DNA of 63,970 bases, counting the filler, from an uncultured bacterium (lineage in GTDB: Bacteria > CAZSTA01): the NCBI GenBank assembly GCA_964609495.1. It is 4 parts of 4 records of this genome, joined end to end, with 100 filler letters (N's around TTAATTAATTAA, not from the genome) between each part and the next. Parts side by side here need not be neighbours in the genome. Positions count along the whole stretch, not along the records: positions 16,393 to 32,555 come from CAZSTA010000072.1; positions 32,656 to 48,636 come from CAZSTA010000073.1; 2 more parts are not named here. One strand, 5' to 3'. Under the pieces are notes generated by a model. The model saw nothing but the letters and a program-made list of their open reading frames with translations, was not told the DNA's origin and searched no databases. The position numbers and the translations under genes were made by a program. This document shows, one piece after another, positions 29,581 through 38,400 of this stretch (positions are counted from its first letter, which is position 1; each line of letters begins with the position of its first letter).

Positions 29581-30780
29581 ATGAATTTAATGAGAAAGGT
29601 TCTCCTAGTATCGCTTTTGATCATAGGGATCACCGGCATAAGCTATGCTGAGGATAGGGGTGCTACATCGCCAGTTTATGAGAGTGTTCCAGAGGAGATC
29701 GTGATCTATGAGGGTAATCTAGCTTATGCCAAGGGAAGCTTTGAGGTTTATCCTGCTGAGGTTATTCAAGTTGCCCTGCCCACTACCGCTATACCCAGAA
29801 CTATCGAGATCGTCGATGGAGGGAAGAAGATATATCAATTAAGCTTGGGAACTCTTGAGAACATCAATCAACCTAAGCTGTCCACTATCAGTTGGAAGGC
29901 GGAAGGTGAGGAGAAGAGAAGGGTCGATATGAGCTATCTTATGACTGGTATAAGATGGTCTCCCTCCTATATGATGACTATTTTAAGCGAGGATGAGGTA
30001 AGGATGCGCTATAATGTGGCTATCTATAACTCGAGTGTTTATCTCCCAAAAGTGAAGGTTAAATTGATCTCTGGAATGGTGGGAGGGCCGACTGAACCAT
30101 ATAGAAGGGAGATGCTAGTATCTCAGACGGCGATATCCGGGTATGAGGAGTTAGCACCTACCTCTGCAGCTGCGCCTGCGATAGGGCCAACTAGAGTCAA
30201 TGCCTATTATGCTTATGAGTTAGGGGAGCAGGAGATCTCTAGGAACAGCACCTCCTTTATCGCTCTGTTGGAGGAGGAGCTAGATGCTGATAAACAATTT
30301 GTATGGGCTATCGCTTCTGGGGAGAGGGTCGATGTTGTCTATACCATTCATAATTCGACTGAACAACCTTTTGCTGAGGGTCTAGTTGATGTTTATGAGA
30401 ACGATATCTATATGGGAACGGATAATATCGAGTGGACTCCCTCTGATGCTAAGGGGCATGTTACTATCGGGGGAGCGGTTGATATTCAGGTTACAAAGAC
30501 GATAGATGTCCAAGAGATACCAGAGAGGGGAGGTAACGACGAGTTCTTTCATAAAATGGAATTGAGGATCGATAACTTCAGCAAAGAGGATATCAGGATC
30601 AAAGTTGTCGATACGAAATATAGGGATAGCGTAGAGATGAAATTTGTTCCTTCTCCCTCTGAGTCCAAGGCGATGACTTATCTCTGGGATCTGGATATTC
30701 CAGCAGGCAAGACCAGGATAATAAAATACAGCTTCTATTCTGATAGCACCTACACGAATCCTTATCGAAACTACTATTAA
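29581..30780 (+). CDS. Secreted DUF4139-like protein
   Basis: Signal peptide; MSYLMTGIRWSPSY; beta-rich C-terminal YLWDLDIPAG. Confidence 0.6.
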   Translation: MNLMRKVLLVSLLIIGITGISYAEDRGATSPVYESVPEEIVIYEGNLAYAKGSFEVYPAEVIQVALPTTAIPRTIEIVDGGKKIYQLSLGTLENINQPKLSTISWKAEGEEKRRVDMSYLMTGIRWSPSYMMTILSEDEVRMRYNVAIYNSSVYLPKVKVKLISGMVGGPTEPYRREMLVSQTAISGYEELAPTSAAAPAIGPTRVNAYYAYELGEQEISRNSTSFIALLEEELDADKQFVWAIASGERVDVVYTIHNSTEQPFAEGLVDVYENDIYMGTDNIEWTPSDAKGHVTIGGAVDIQVTKTIDVQEIPERGGNDEFFHKMELRIDNFSKEDIRIKVVDTKYRDSVEMKFVPSPSESKAMTYLWDLDIPAGKTRIIKYSFYSDSTYTNPYRNYY

Positions 30781-30920
30781 GTAGTTTCAAAATTTTTTAT
30801 CTGAGATGTTCGAGATCAGATTAGGCTTTGAATTTCCCTTAAATCANNNNNNNNNNCTCAATAAACCCTCTCCCACCAGGGGAGAGGGGGAATTATATCT
30901 TAAACTCACTAACGAAAAAC
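30781..30920 (+). mobile_element. Family B MITE, interrupted by a 10-N scaffold gap at 30847-30856
   Basis: TTAA then GTAGTTTCAAAA...CTGAGATGTTCGAGATCAGATT, and a BoxC-like hairpin after the gap. Confidence 0.75.
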
Positions 30921-30933
30921 AAGGAGCTAAACG

Positions 30934-32481
30934 ATGTCTGTCCAAAAGAAAAAATTACTTTTAATAGGTCTTGATGGAGCAATACCAGGAGTTTTGAGGA
31001 AATTTCTAAAGGAGGGTATTCTCCCAAATTTCGCTTCTATAATGAAAGGAGGTAGCTTCGTGGAGGTCTTGCCATCGCCTCCTTGTGATACCCCGACAAA
31101 CTGGACTACCATTGTTACCGGAGCCTGGACAGGGACACATGGGGCAACAGGATTCAATGTGCATCTACCTGGGGAATCACTCTCTGCACCTGTATCCTGT
31201 TCCTTTGATACGCGGTTGTGTGGTGCTGAATACCTTTGGAATGTAGCGGAGAGGGAAGGATTTAAATGTCTCTTATACGATTATCCGCCGAGTCGTCCAC
31301 CCACGCTGAAAAATGGTATTGTTCTGGGAGGATGGTTTACAGAAAAGAAGGTTGGGGGAGGAGTAGGCACTTTTCATGGCAATGAATTTGAACAACAACC
31401 GCCTTTTCCGGAGAGAATAGCTGATATATTAAAAGATGCTGAGGATATCTTAAGGACTGAGCAACCAGCTCCTAAAGGTTTCGAGGGAAAGATCGCAGAT
31501 GTATTAGATTCTCAAGAGATGAGCCTGAAGAGATTTGTCAAGACCATCTCCTTTTTGAAAGAGAGAGAAGAGTGGGATTATCTCTTCTGTCATCTTCACG
31601 TTTTTGATGGTTTTCACCATTACGCTATGAATGATCTGTGGGAGGACCATCCGGATTATATCGAGGAGAGAGGCGATAAGACCTGGGAAGCGATGAGGAT
31701 TCTTTACAAACTTGCGGATGAGATGTTAGGAGAGGTTATAGATCGCTTTTCGGATGAGGAGACGATCATCTGCGTTATCGGCGACCACGGTGCTACACCG
31801 AGTTCAAGGATAATCTGGCCCGGGAAGGCATTGGAAAGAGCGGGATTAACAGTTTTCAAAGAAGGCGAAGCGGGAGATATGGTGATAGATGTTAGCCGAA
31901 GCAAAGTAGGATTTTATTTCAGTCCACCTGAATACATCTGGGTGAACCTGAAGGGACGGGAACCTGGCGGGATTGTTGAGCCTGGGGATGAATATGAAAA
32001 GGTGCGGGCTCAGGTCATCGCTGCTCTTATGTCGGTAAGAGATCCTATCAATGGCAAATGTCCCTTCTCTTTGGTGCTCCGCAAAGAAGATGCTGGATTT
32101 CTTGGTCAGTGGGGACCACGAGTCGGTGATATTGTCTTGTTCGTTGAACCAGAATATTCCCTGGTCGATTTTGGTTTCGGCTCCGCTTATGGCAGCAATA
32201 TCGTAGGTGGGGTGCGAGAACTGTTGGAGATGGGTGATCTCAGTCCTAGAGCAGGAGGAAATACTAGGCATGGTAATCATCATGGGCATTTACCCACCGC
32301 TAAGTTAGGGATATTTTCAAACAGTTCTTTTATGTTGATAAAGGGCGAAGGTATAAGACAAGGGCTTGAATTGAAACATCCTAGACAGATGGTTGATGTA
32401 GCACCGACTCTCTCATCTGCTCTTGGCATACCAAAGCCGACTCAGGCGGAGGGCGGAATAATTTGGCAAGTGCTTGAATGA
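30934..32481 (+). CDS. Alkaline phosphatase superfamily protein (phosphodiesterase/nucleotide pyrophosphatase)
   Basis: IGLDGA, TPTNWTTIVTG, DGFHH, IGDHG and VDVAPT motifs. Confidence 0.88.
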   Translation: MSVQKKKLLLIGLDGAIPGVLRKFLKEGILPNFASIMKGGSFVEVLPSPPCDTPTNWTTIVTGAWTGTHGATGFNVHLPGESLSAPVSCSFDTRLCGAEYLWNVAEREGFKCLLYDYPPSRPPTLKNGIVLGGWFTEKKVGGGVGTFHGNEFEQQPPFPERIADILKDAEDILRTEQPAPKGFEGKIADVLDSQEMSLKRFVKTISFLKEREEWDYLFCHLHVFDGFHHYAMNDLWEDHPDYIEERGDKTWEAMRILYKLADEMLGEVIDRFSDEETIICVIGDHGATPSSRIIWPGKALERAGLTVFKEGEAGDMVIDVSRSKVGFYFSPPEYIWVNLKGREPGGIVEPGDEYEKVRAQVIAALMSVRDPINGKCPFSLVLRKEDAGFLGQWGPRVGDIVLFVEPEYSLVDFGFGSAYGSNIVGGVRELLEMGDLSPRAGGNTRHGNHHGHLPTAKLGIFSNSSFMLIKGEGIRQGLELKHPRQMVDVAPTLSSALGIPKPTQAEGGIIWQVLE

Positions 32482-32555
32482 GTTATAACAAAACTTCATA
32501 TTGGGTAGAGGAAATAGTAAAAATTGGAAGTAAATAGGGAGGGGGCGTATGAATT

Positions 32556-32655
32556 NNNNNNNNNNNNNNNNNNNNNNNNNNNNNNNNNNNNNNNNNNNNT
32601 TAATTAATTAANNNNNNNNNNNNNNNNNNNNNNNNNNNNNNNNNNNNNNNNNNNN
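32556..32655. other. Artificial contig linker
   Basis: 44 N + TTAATTAATTAA + 44 N. Confidence 0.97.
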
Positions 32656-33202
32656 AAAGAGCAGGTATCTTCTTCTCTATGACCCTCCACTCATCTACCC
32701 TTCTTGCCCCCTCTAACATAATGTTCTCGGTATTGAGTCGAACTAAAACGTTCTCCTTCTCCAGCGATAGATCTGGCTCGAAGTTGAACCATCCCTCGCA
32801 GAATCTCATCATCGTATAGGCCGTTTCCTCGATCTCGGGGGTAATATATTCCTTAAGCTCCCTTTCAGATAACAAACCCATCGTCACTAAAGCTCTCCCC
32901 AGCACATCACTTCTTATACGAAGAGGGAGAGATCCCTCCCTCATTTCTCCCCTTTCCTCACTTATCTTCTCAATCACTATCTGCTTCTGCTCTGGAGTAA
33001 TTTTTCCTCTCTTCAACAGGATATCTCCTAGATGCTCTTTCCGATTTATGAGCTCGGCATAGATTATCAGTCCATTCTCAAAATAGATATTTCCGAAATC
33101 GTGTCCATCAGTTACACTTAGGCATCCACTTTTCTGGCCTAAGAAGAGCATCTGCATAATATCTGGTAGGCTAGCTTCCTTTAGGGAACCCTTAATGGCC
33201 AA
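32656..33202 (-). CDS. DUF4388 (PATAN-type) domain protein, 3' truncated
   Basis: MAIKGSLKEASLPDIMQML...KSGCL...IYFENG...MLEGARRVDEW. Confidence 0.85.
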
Positions 33203-33205
33203 GTC

Positions 33206-34384
33206 CTATAACCCCCATTTCATCTCTAATCTGCAATCATCGCTATCCCATTCCTCCTCCAGTCTATTCTCATATTCTCCTCTCTTTGAGGAGGAGGGTT
33301 TCTTAGCAGGTTTGGGATTCTCACCGTGGCGGGCAGAGATCGCTTGATCTACTCTGAGATCTGGATTGCTCACCTTACGGCTGATCTTTTTGTGGCTCAC
33401 TTCGACAACATTTTTTAGGGAGTTTGCCTCTTGTTTCTCCCTGGCTTCCTCTTGATCTATAGCTCTAATGGGGACTACTAGTCCATTCTCGAAACGAAGA
33501 CGTAATTTCCTATCCATCGCTGGCAATCTGCTAGGAGGTCTATCACTAGCCATTACAACCTGTTTGTTGGCGAGAAATAAAGAATCTAGAAGGGTAAAAA
33601 TGCCCCCCATTTTGTTATCGTCTATCATTTGAATATCGTCGATTAACAGGACATCTACTTCAAAAGGAACTTTTGAACCTTGAGTTTTATTGCCCGCAAG
33701 AGCTTCATTTTTATATCTATTATCATTGCTCTCTAAAGCGAGGTTCGATAATTCTTTGGCTAACTCATCGGCACTAATGTATAATACTTTTATATCTGGA
33801 TCTCTTTCCTCTATTAAATTAGCTATAGATCTTAGCAAGTGGGTTTTTCCAGCAGACGTCTCTCCATATATATAGAGGGGATTATATCTTTGGGTCGGAG
33901 CCTCAGCTACCTCTCGAGAGGCGGAATAGGCAAGACAGTTCTCGCCATCGATTAAGAAGTTACTGAAGGTATATTTGCCAGCGACCTCTTCCCCGATCCC
34001 GGGGGAATCCTCAAGAATTTCTACCAGTTCGTCATCACGTTGTCTAAGCAGATCGATCTTAGCCTCTAAAGATGCTATCTCCCCCTTGACCTCAGAAAGA
34101 GCTTCAGGATCGAAGAGTTTGACCCGGATCGCTTTCACCTCTTCTTCGAAGCTTTCGGTGTTCATAGAATCCAATTTCTTCTTCAGTTTAAGTAGCTCTT
34201 GTAACGAACGCGCGAAGATCGCGAATTCCCTTCTTAAAGTTTGGAGATCTCCATTCGCCACTAAATCTTCTAGCTTCCCGGTCTTGTAGCCCCTACCTCG
34301 GCAGAGGATAAGTTTCTCCTGATATTTATTTCTTATCGCAGATTCATCTATATTGCTCCCAGAGGGATTCATTTTATTCACCAT
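33206..34384 (-). CDS. DnaA/Hda-like AAA+ ATPase without DNA-binding domain IV
   Basis: YTFSNF, YNPLYIYGETSAGKTHLL, LLIDDIQ, SDRPP and RFENGL; N-terminal coiled coil; low-complexity C-terminus. Confidence 0.85.
   Translation of the reverse strand: MVNKMNPSGSNIDESAIRNKYQEKLILCRGRGYKTGKLEDLVANGDLQTLRREFAIFARSLQELLKLKKKLDSMNTESFEEEVKAIRVKLFDPEALSEVKGEIASLEAKIDLLRQRDDELVEILEDSPGIGEEVAGKYTFSNFLIDGENCLAYSASREVAEAPTQRYNPLYIYGETSAGKTHLLRSIANLIEERDPDIKVLYISADELAKELSNLALESNDNRYKNEALAGNKTQGSKVPFEVDVLLIDDIQMIDDNKMGGIFTLLDSLFLANKQVVMASDRPPSRLPAMDRKLRLRFENGLVVPIRAIDQEEAREKQEANSLKNVVEVSHKKISRKVSNPDLRVDQAISARHGENPKPAKKPSSSKRGEYENRLEEEWDSDDCRLEMKWGL
33662..33713 (-). repeat. Family A repeat, in-frame inside the DnaA-like gene
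   Basis: Encodes NEALAGNKTQGSKVPF between YK and EVDVLLIDD. Confidence 0.8.
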
Positions 34385-34419
34385 TGGTTCTCAAGTTTGA
34401 CAGCTAGTAAGATGTGGGT

Positions 34420-35031
34420 TCACAATTTCACCGAGGTTTTCAGTCGATATTTAGCGCGTAACTCCTCTAATACCTTGCCTCCGATAGACTTGAGGGCCTC
34501 GAATACCCCCACTCCTTTAGTAGCAATACCCTCGAAAGAGGGAGCTTTTCTGAAGTTTAACCAACGCTCCAGCAGTTCCATTGAAGCGATACGAAGTAGA
34601 TCTCGCTTATTATATTGAAATACCAGAGGGATCGTCATATAATCATAGTTATAGGAGCCTAAATTCTCCCGAAGATTCTTTAGACTCTCCACATTCGCTC
34701 CTAATCGTTCCAATTGGGAATCAGCCACGAAAACCACCCCATCAGCTCCTCTCAGAACTAATCTTCTGGTGGCATCATAAAATACTTGCCCAGGGACGGT
34801 GTAAAGTTGGAATTTAACTTTGAAACCAGCTATAGAGCCGATATTAACTGGCAGGAAATCAAAAAACAAGGTCCTATCGGTATCAGTAGCTAGGGAAACT
34901 AATCCTCCTCTTCTATCACGAGGAATCATATTGTGGATATAGTGGAGAGTGGTGGTTTTACCTGAGAGTCCGGGTCCGTAATATACGATCTTGCAGGTTA
35001 TCTCTCGAGAAGCATAGTTCACTAAAGCCAT
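34420..35031 (-). CDS. mglA: MglA small Ras-like GTPase
   Basis: GPGLSGKTT, DRTLFFDF, TVPGQ and NKRD motifs. Confidence 0.95.
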   Translation of the reverse strand: MALVNYASREITCKIVYYGPGLSGKTTTLHYIHNMIPRDRRGGLVSLATDTDRTLFFDFLPVNIGSIAGFKVKFQLYTVPGQVFYDATRRLVLRGADGVVFVADSQLERLGANVESLKNLRENLGSYNYDYMTIPLVFQYNKRDLLRIASMELLERWLNFRKAPSFEGIATKGVGVFEALKSIGGKVLEELRAKYRLKTSVKL

Positions 35032-35036
35032 AGCCT

Positions 35037-35546
35037 TTAACTCCCAGTCTGATTGATCATTTTATCTATCTCTTTAGCAAATAACAATCCGATATCCTCT
35101 TCGATCTCTTCTTCCTCCTTAGCAGGCTCCTCTTTTTCCTCGGCTAGGAGGACCTCGGATAATTCCTTGCCGGATTGCTGGGCACACATTCTGATTCTAC
35201 CAATTATCGTGCGCTCATCGAAGATCGTTATCAATAAGTATTCTTCACTTAATAGTAGAGTATATATGTGATTCTCTTGCCCCTGATGAAAGAGAGATGT
35301 AAATTCGGGATTTCCTAAGTTTTTAGCCATCTCCGCAGCTGAGGCAAAATCTCCCGCGGCGAAGGCCGCTAAGGCTACAGTATCGAAGTGGGAAGCATAA
35401 CCTTGCTGGGTTATGATCTGACCCATTCTATCGGTGAGAACAACGCAGCTAGCCCTAGATTTATTTATCAATCTAGCTAATATCTCTCCTATATCCTTCC
35501 ATTTCGCCTCGGAGATGACTATTCCAGCTATGGACATCATCTTCAC
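35037..35546 (-). CDS. mglB: MglB roadblock/LC7 GAP
   Basis: Roadblock fold; ALAAFAAGDFASAAEMAK and EFTSLFHQG; directly upstream of mglA. Confidence 0.9.
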   Translation of the reverse strand: MKMMSIAGIVISEAKWKDIGEILARLINKSRASCVVLTDRMGQIITQQGYASHFDTVALAAFAAGDFASAAEMAKNLGNPEFTSLFHQGQENHIYTLLLSEEYLLITIFDERTIIGRIRMCAQQSGKELSEVLLAEEKEEPAKEEEEIEEDIGLLFAKEIDKMINQTGS

Positions 35547-36922
35547 CTTCTCATTATTTTCTGTCTCTGTCTCAAGGTCAAACGTATTTGTCCCAGATTG
35601 ATATCCTTAGTGGCTAGGATGACTAGAATATCGTCTTCCAGGCCTGCTAGGAGCATCCTCCCGGCCTTCGCTTCTAATGAGGCGAAGTTCAGTCTTGCCT
35701 GCCCCGTCTCCTCTCCTATCTGTTCAGCCCTAAGATATATATCTCGTGAGATCTCGCTCACTACATCTTCCTGAAGTCCAAGCATCATATCTGAGGCTAA
35801 GATAGTCCCATCCCTCTTCAATAACATACTGCCTAGCACTCCATCCATTCCCTCTAAGCCAGATAATATCTTTGCCTCCTCCTTTAAGGGAACTTTTGAA
35901 CCTTGAGTTTTATTGTCTGCAAAAGTTCCCTTACCCAGATACTGGGGGTTGACCTTGGCTTCTCCTCGCCCGAACTTCAGGGGAGGAGAGAAATCCTCCC
36001 CGCTCGCCTCTCCTCGTTCGGAGAATGAGCTAGATTTTGTCAAAACATTCTCTATTATATTTGTTGCCTTCTTCACCTTCAAGAGTATCAATCCAAGCTT
36101 GGTCATCTTTTCGGCTGAGATCGCTAAGATCGCTGAGATAACCGTAGTTATACAGATTCTTCCCTTCTCCGTCTCCAATAATCCATTTTTGAAATCCCCT
36201 AGGCTGATCTTCTCCAAAGATCCCCTCATCGCCTGCAAAAAGGAGGCTAGCGATAGCCCTATCGTAGTAGTATTTCTTCTCCCCTTGAGAGCTACAATCG
36301 TTCCATCCTCTTTAACCAGGGCGCTCATATTAATTCCCCTAGTCATTCTCAGCTCCTCCAGAGCTTTCTCTATCTTTTCTCTAGCCTCGATATCTTCTTT
36401 GGAGACTCTGTCCACTGAGATAGATATTGCGCTTTCCGTTTGAATGCTCGCTCTAGAGGGTTTTTCTTCCTTTATACGTTCTTCGATTTCTCCCTTGCCT
36501 CGACCATACTTTTCTTGGATCTCCTTTAAGGCTTTAATTACCGCCTTATTATTTGGATCCAATTCCAGGCAAGCCTTATATTCCTCACTAGCCTCTTCCC
36601 GCAATCCCTTCTGCGAATATATATACCCTAGCATCGCATGAGCTAGAGGATCATCCAGTCGCAACTTCAGAACTAGATCGAACTCCTTCTTAGCCTCCTC
36701 CCACATATCCTTTTCCAGATAGACCCTTCCTAATACCAGATGGGCTTCTCCATAATCGGGATGATATTCAAGTCCACGTTTGCACATCTCGATAGCTTCA
36801 TCAAGCATCCCCTGCTCTCGATAGGCATCTGCCAGGGGAGCGAATGCCAGAGAATCGGGATTGTTGGCTAGCTCTTCGCTATATTTCTTCACCTTGGGAG
36901 GAAACGTCTGTAACTCGATCAT
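35543..36922 (-). CDS. TPR protein with two C-terminal roadblock/LC7 domains
   Basis: N-terminal NPDSLAFAPLADAYR TPRs; GINMSALVKEDG and GVLGSMLLKRDG roadblock starts; NLGQIRL. Confidence 0.8.
   Translation of the reverse strand: MIELQTFPPKVKKYSEELANNPDSLAFAPLADAYREQGMLDEAIEMCKRGLEYHPDYGEAHLVLGRVYLEKDMWEEAKKEFDLVLKLRLDDPLAHAMLGYIYSQKGLREEASEEYKACLELDPNNKAVIKALKEIQEKYGRGKGEIEERIKEEKPSRASIQTESAISISVDRVSKEDIEAREKIEKALEELRMTRGINMSALVKEDGTIVALKGRRNTTTIGLSLASFLQAMRGSLEKISLGDFKNGLLETEKGRICITTVISAILAISAEKMTKLGLILLKVKKATNIIENVLTKSSSFSERGEASGEDFSPPLKFGRGEAKVNPQYLGKGTFADNKTQGSKVPLKEEAKILSGLEGMDGVLGSMLLKRDGTILASDMMLGLQEDVVSEISRDIYLRAEQIGEETGQARLNFASLEAKAGRMLLAGLEDDILVILATKDINLGQIRLTLRQRQKIMRR
35885..35933 (-). 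repeat. Family A repeat (49-bp variant), in-frame in the linker between roadblock domains
   Basis: TAAGGGAACTTTTGCAGACAATAAAACTCAAGGTTCAAAAGTTCCCTTA, encoding KGTFADNKTQGSKVPL. Confidence 0.9.
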
Positions 36923-36949
36923 ATCCTATAAGGGGGAGGAATCCTCCCC

Positions 36950-37003
36950 TAAAAGGAAACTTTTTGCAGGAAATAGAACTCACGGTTAAAAAAGTTACCT
37001 TTT
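36950..37003 (+). repeat. Family A repeat, diverged intergenic copy
   Basis: TAAAAGGAAACTTTTTGCAGGAAATAGAACTCACGGTTAAAAAAGTTACCTTTT. Confidence 0.75.
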
Positions 37004-37021
37004 CTACCCCTCCTATTTTAT

Positions 37022-38275
37022 TTATATTCTCCTTATCCTCTTGGACAGAACTTCCATCCATTCCTCGGCGATCTGAATATTAGAGCGGATGAGCTCCTCC
37101 AAATCATTATCTTTCGTTAAGGAGAGAAAATCTCTCCATTCCTGCACAGCCTCTTCACATCTTCCCAATCTGGATAAGACATAGCCCAAATTATAATGAG
37201 CCTCGGCATATAATGGATCTAGCTCGAGACAGATTTTATATTCCTTCATTGCCTCCACATAGGAGGCTAATTCGTAGAGCATATCACCTATAGCAAGGTG
37301 AATCTCCTTGTTCTGGGGATCGAGGGCGGAGGCTTTTCTATATTCGATAAGAGCTTGCTCGTAAATGCCTTGTTTATCATAAATTTTCCCTAATATGATA
37401 TGAACTTTTTTATTATCGGGGGCTATCTGGGAAACCCGGGAAAATTCTTCTTGAGCCTCTTTATAGAGTCCCTCTTCAAGATACGAACTACCTTTCTCTA
37501 TATAGTCATCGATCTCAAGTTCCCGGTATCCTTCTGGCTCTTCCTCAGCCTTGATAATGAGACCACTAGCTAAAAGGCCATAGAGGATCTTTTCCACCTT
37601 GAATTCTTCCCACTTCATCGTCTTTATTATGTCCTCGACGCTTCTTTTTCCGTCTATTAAAGATAAGACTAACCATTCCTCGGGTTGAAGGTTGATGTCG
37701 GAAATTGAATTATCTCTATCCTCTATTTCCTCCTGTCTGCCTGCAAGGGCGAAAACTATTTCCTTAGAAGGGATCTTCTGACGAATCTTTGGCCATTCTC
37801 GAATTCGCCTAGCTCCTTCTAAAATCAGATTCTGGGTGTTAATTAGAGTTCCCACCTCTTTATCCTCTAAAATGGGCTCTCCCCCTTCAAATTTAAAGTA
37901 GCCCTCGGACCAATTGAGAAGTTTATAAACAGTCTTCTCTGCTTGCGAGCGAAGATGACGGATAAGTTCTGCTCTGGATATGAGTCCCATTTTGACGAGG
38001 ATATCGCTTAAACGATCCGAATCGCCACTGGTCTTCCGAATCTGCTGAGCCCTTCTTAATTGGGCTTCAGTGAGCCTTTTCTCCTCGACTAAGCTATCTC
38101 CTACCTCCTCCTCTAGGGAGGTTGTAGTAGCATGGATAATGCTTCCATCCTTAAAATATATAATCCCTTTACCTTCCCTTTTAGTCGTTTGAACAGTTAG
38201 TATCCCTGACTTACGACTAAGACAAAGCAGTTGAAATATATCAAATATGCTTAAATCTTTAAGTGAGCCTTCCAT
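37022..38275 (-). CDS. DUF4388 domain protein with C-terminal TPRs
   Basis: MEGSLKDLSIFDIFQLL...KSGIL; LILEGARRIREW; about four TPRs. Confidence 0.88.
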   Translation of the reverse strand: MEGSLKDLSIFDIFQLLCLSRKSGILTVQTTKREGKGIIYFKDGSIIHATTTSLEEEVGDSLVEEKRLTEAQLRRAQQIRKTSGDSDRLSDILVKMGLISRAELIRHLRSQAEKTVYKLLNWSEGYFKFEGGEPILEDKEVGTLINTQNLILEGARRIREWPKIRQKIPSKEIVFALAGRQEEIEDRDNSISDINLQPEEWLVLSLIDGKRSVEDIIKTMKWEEFKVEKILYGLLASGLIIKAEEEPEGYRELEIDDYIEKGSSYLEEGLYKEAQEEFSRVSQIAPDNKKVHIILGKIYDKQGIYEQALIEYRKASALDPQNKEIHLAIGDMLYELASYVEAMKEYKICLELDPLYAEAHYNLGYVLSRLGRCEEAVQEWRDFLSLTKDNDLEELIRSNIQIAEEWMEVLSKRIRRI

Positions 38276-38289
38276 AATATACCCTGCCT

Positions 38290-38399
38290 TAAAGGAAACT
38301 TTTGCCGGTAATTGGGGGAAATCCTTCCCTAAAAGGTAACTTTTTACCTCAAATAGAACTCACGGTTAAAAAAGTTAGAAAGAATTAAAAGTTTCCTTA
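38290..38399 (+). repeat. Nested (composite) family A repeat
   Basis: Outer TAAAGGAAACTTTTGC...AAAAGTTTCCTTA encloses a second unit AAAAGGTAACTTTTT...AAATAGAACTCACGGTTAAAAAAGTT. Confidence 0.75.
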
Positions 38400-38400
38400 T

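Noticed and set aside
33206-34384. Chromosomal dnaA and replication origin
   Set aside because: Domains I and IV are missing, there is no dnaN, and I saw no DnaA-box cluster.
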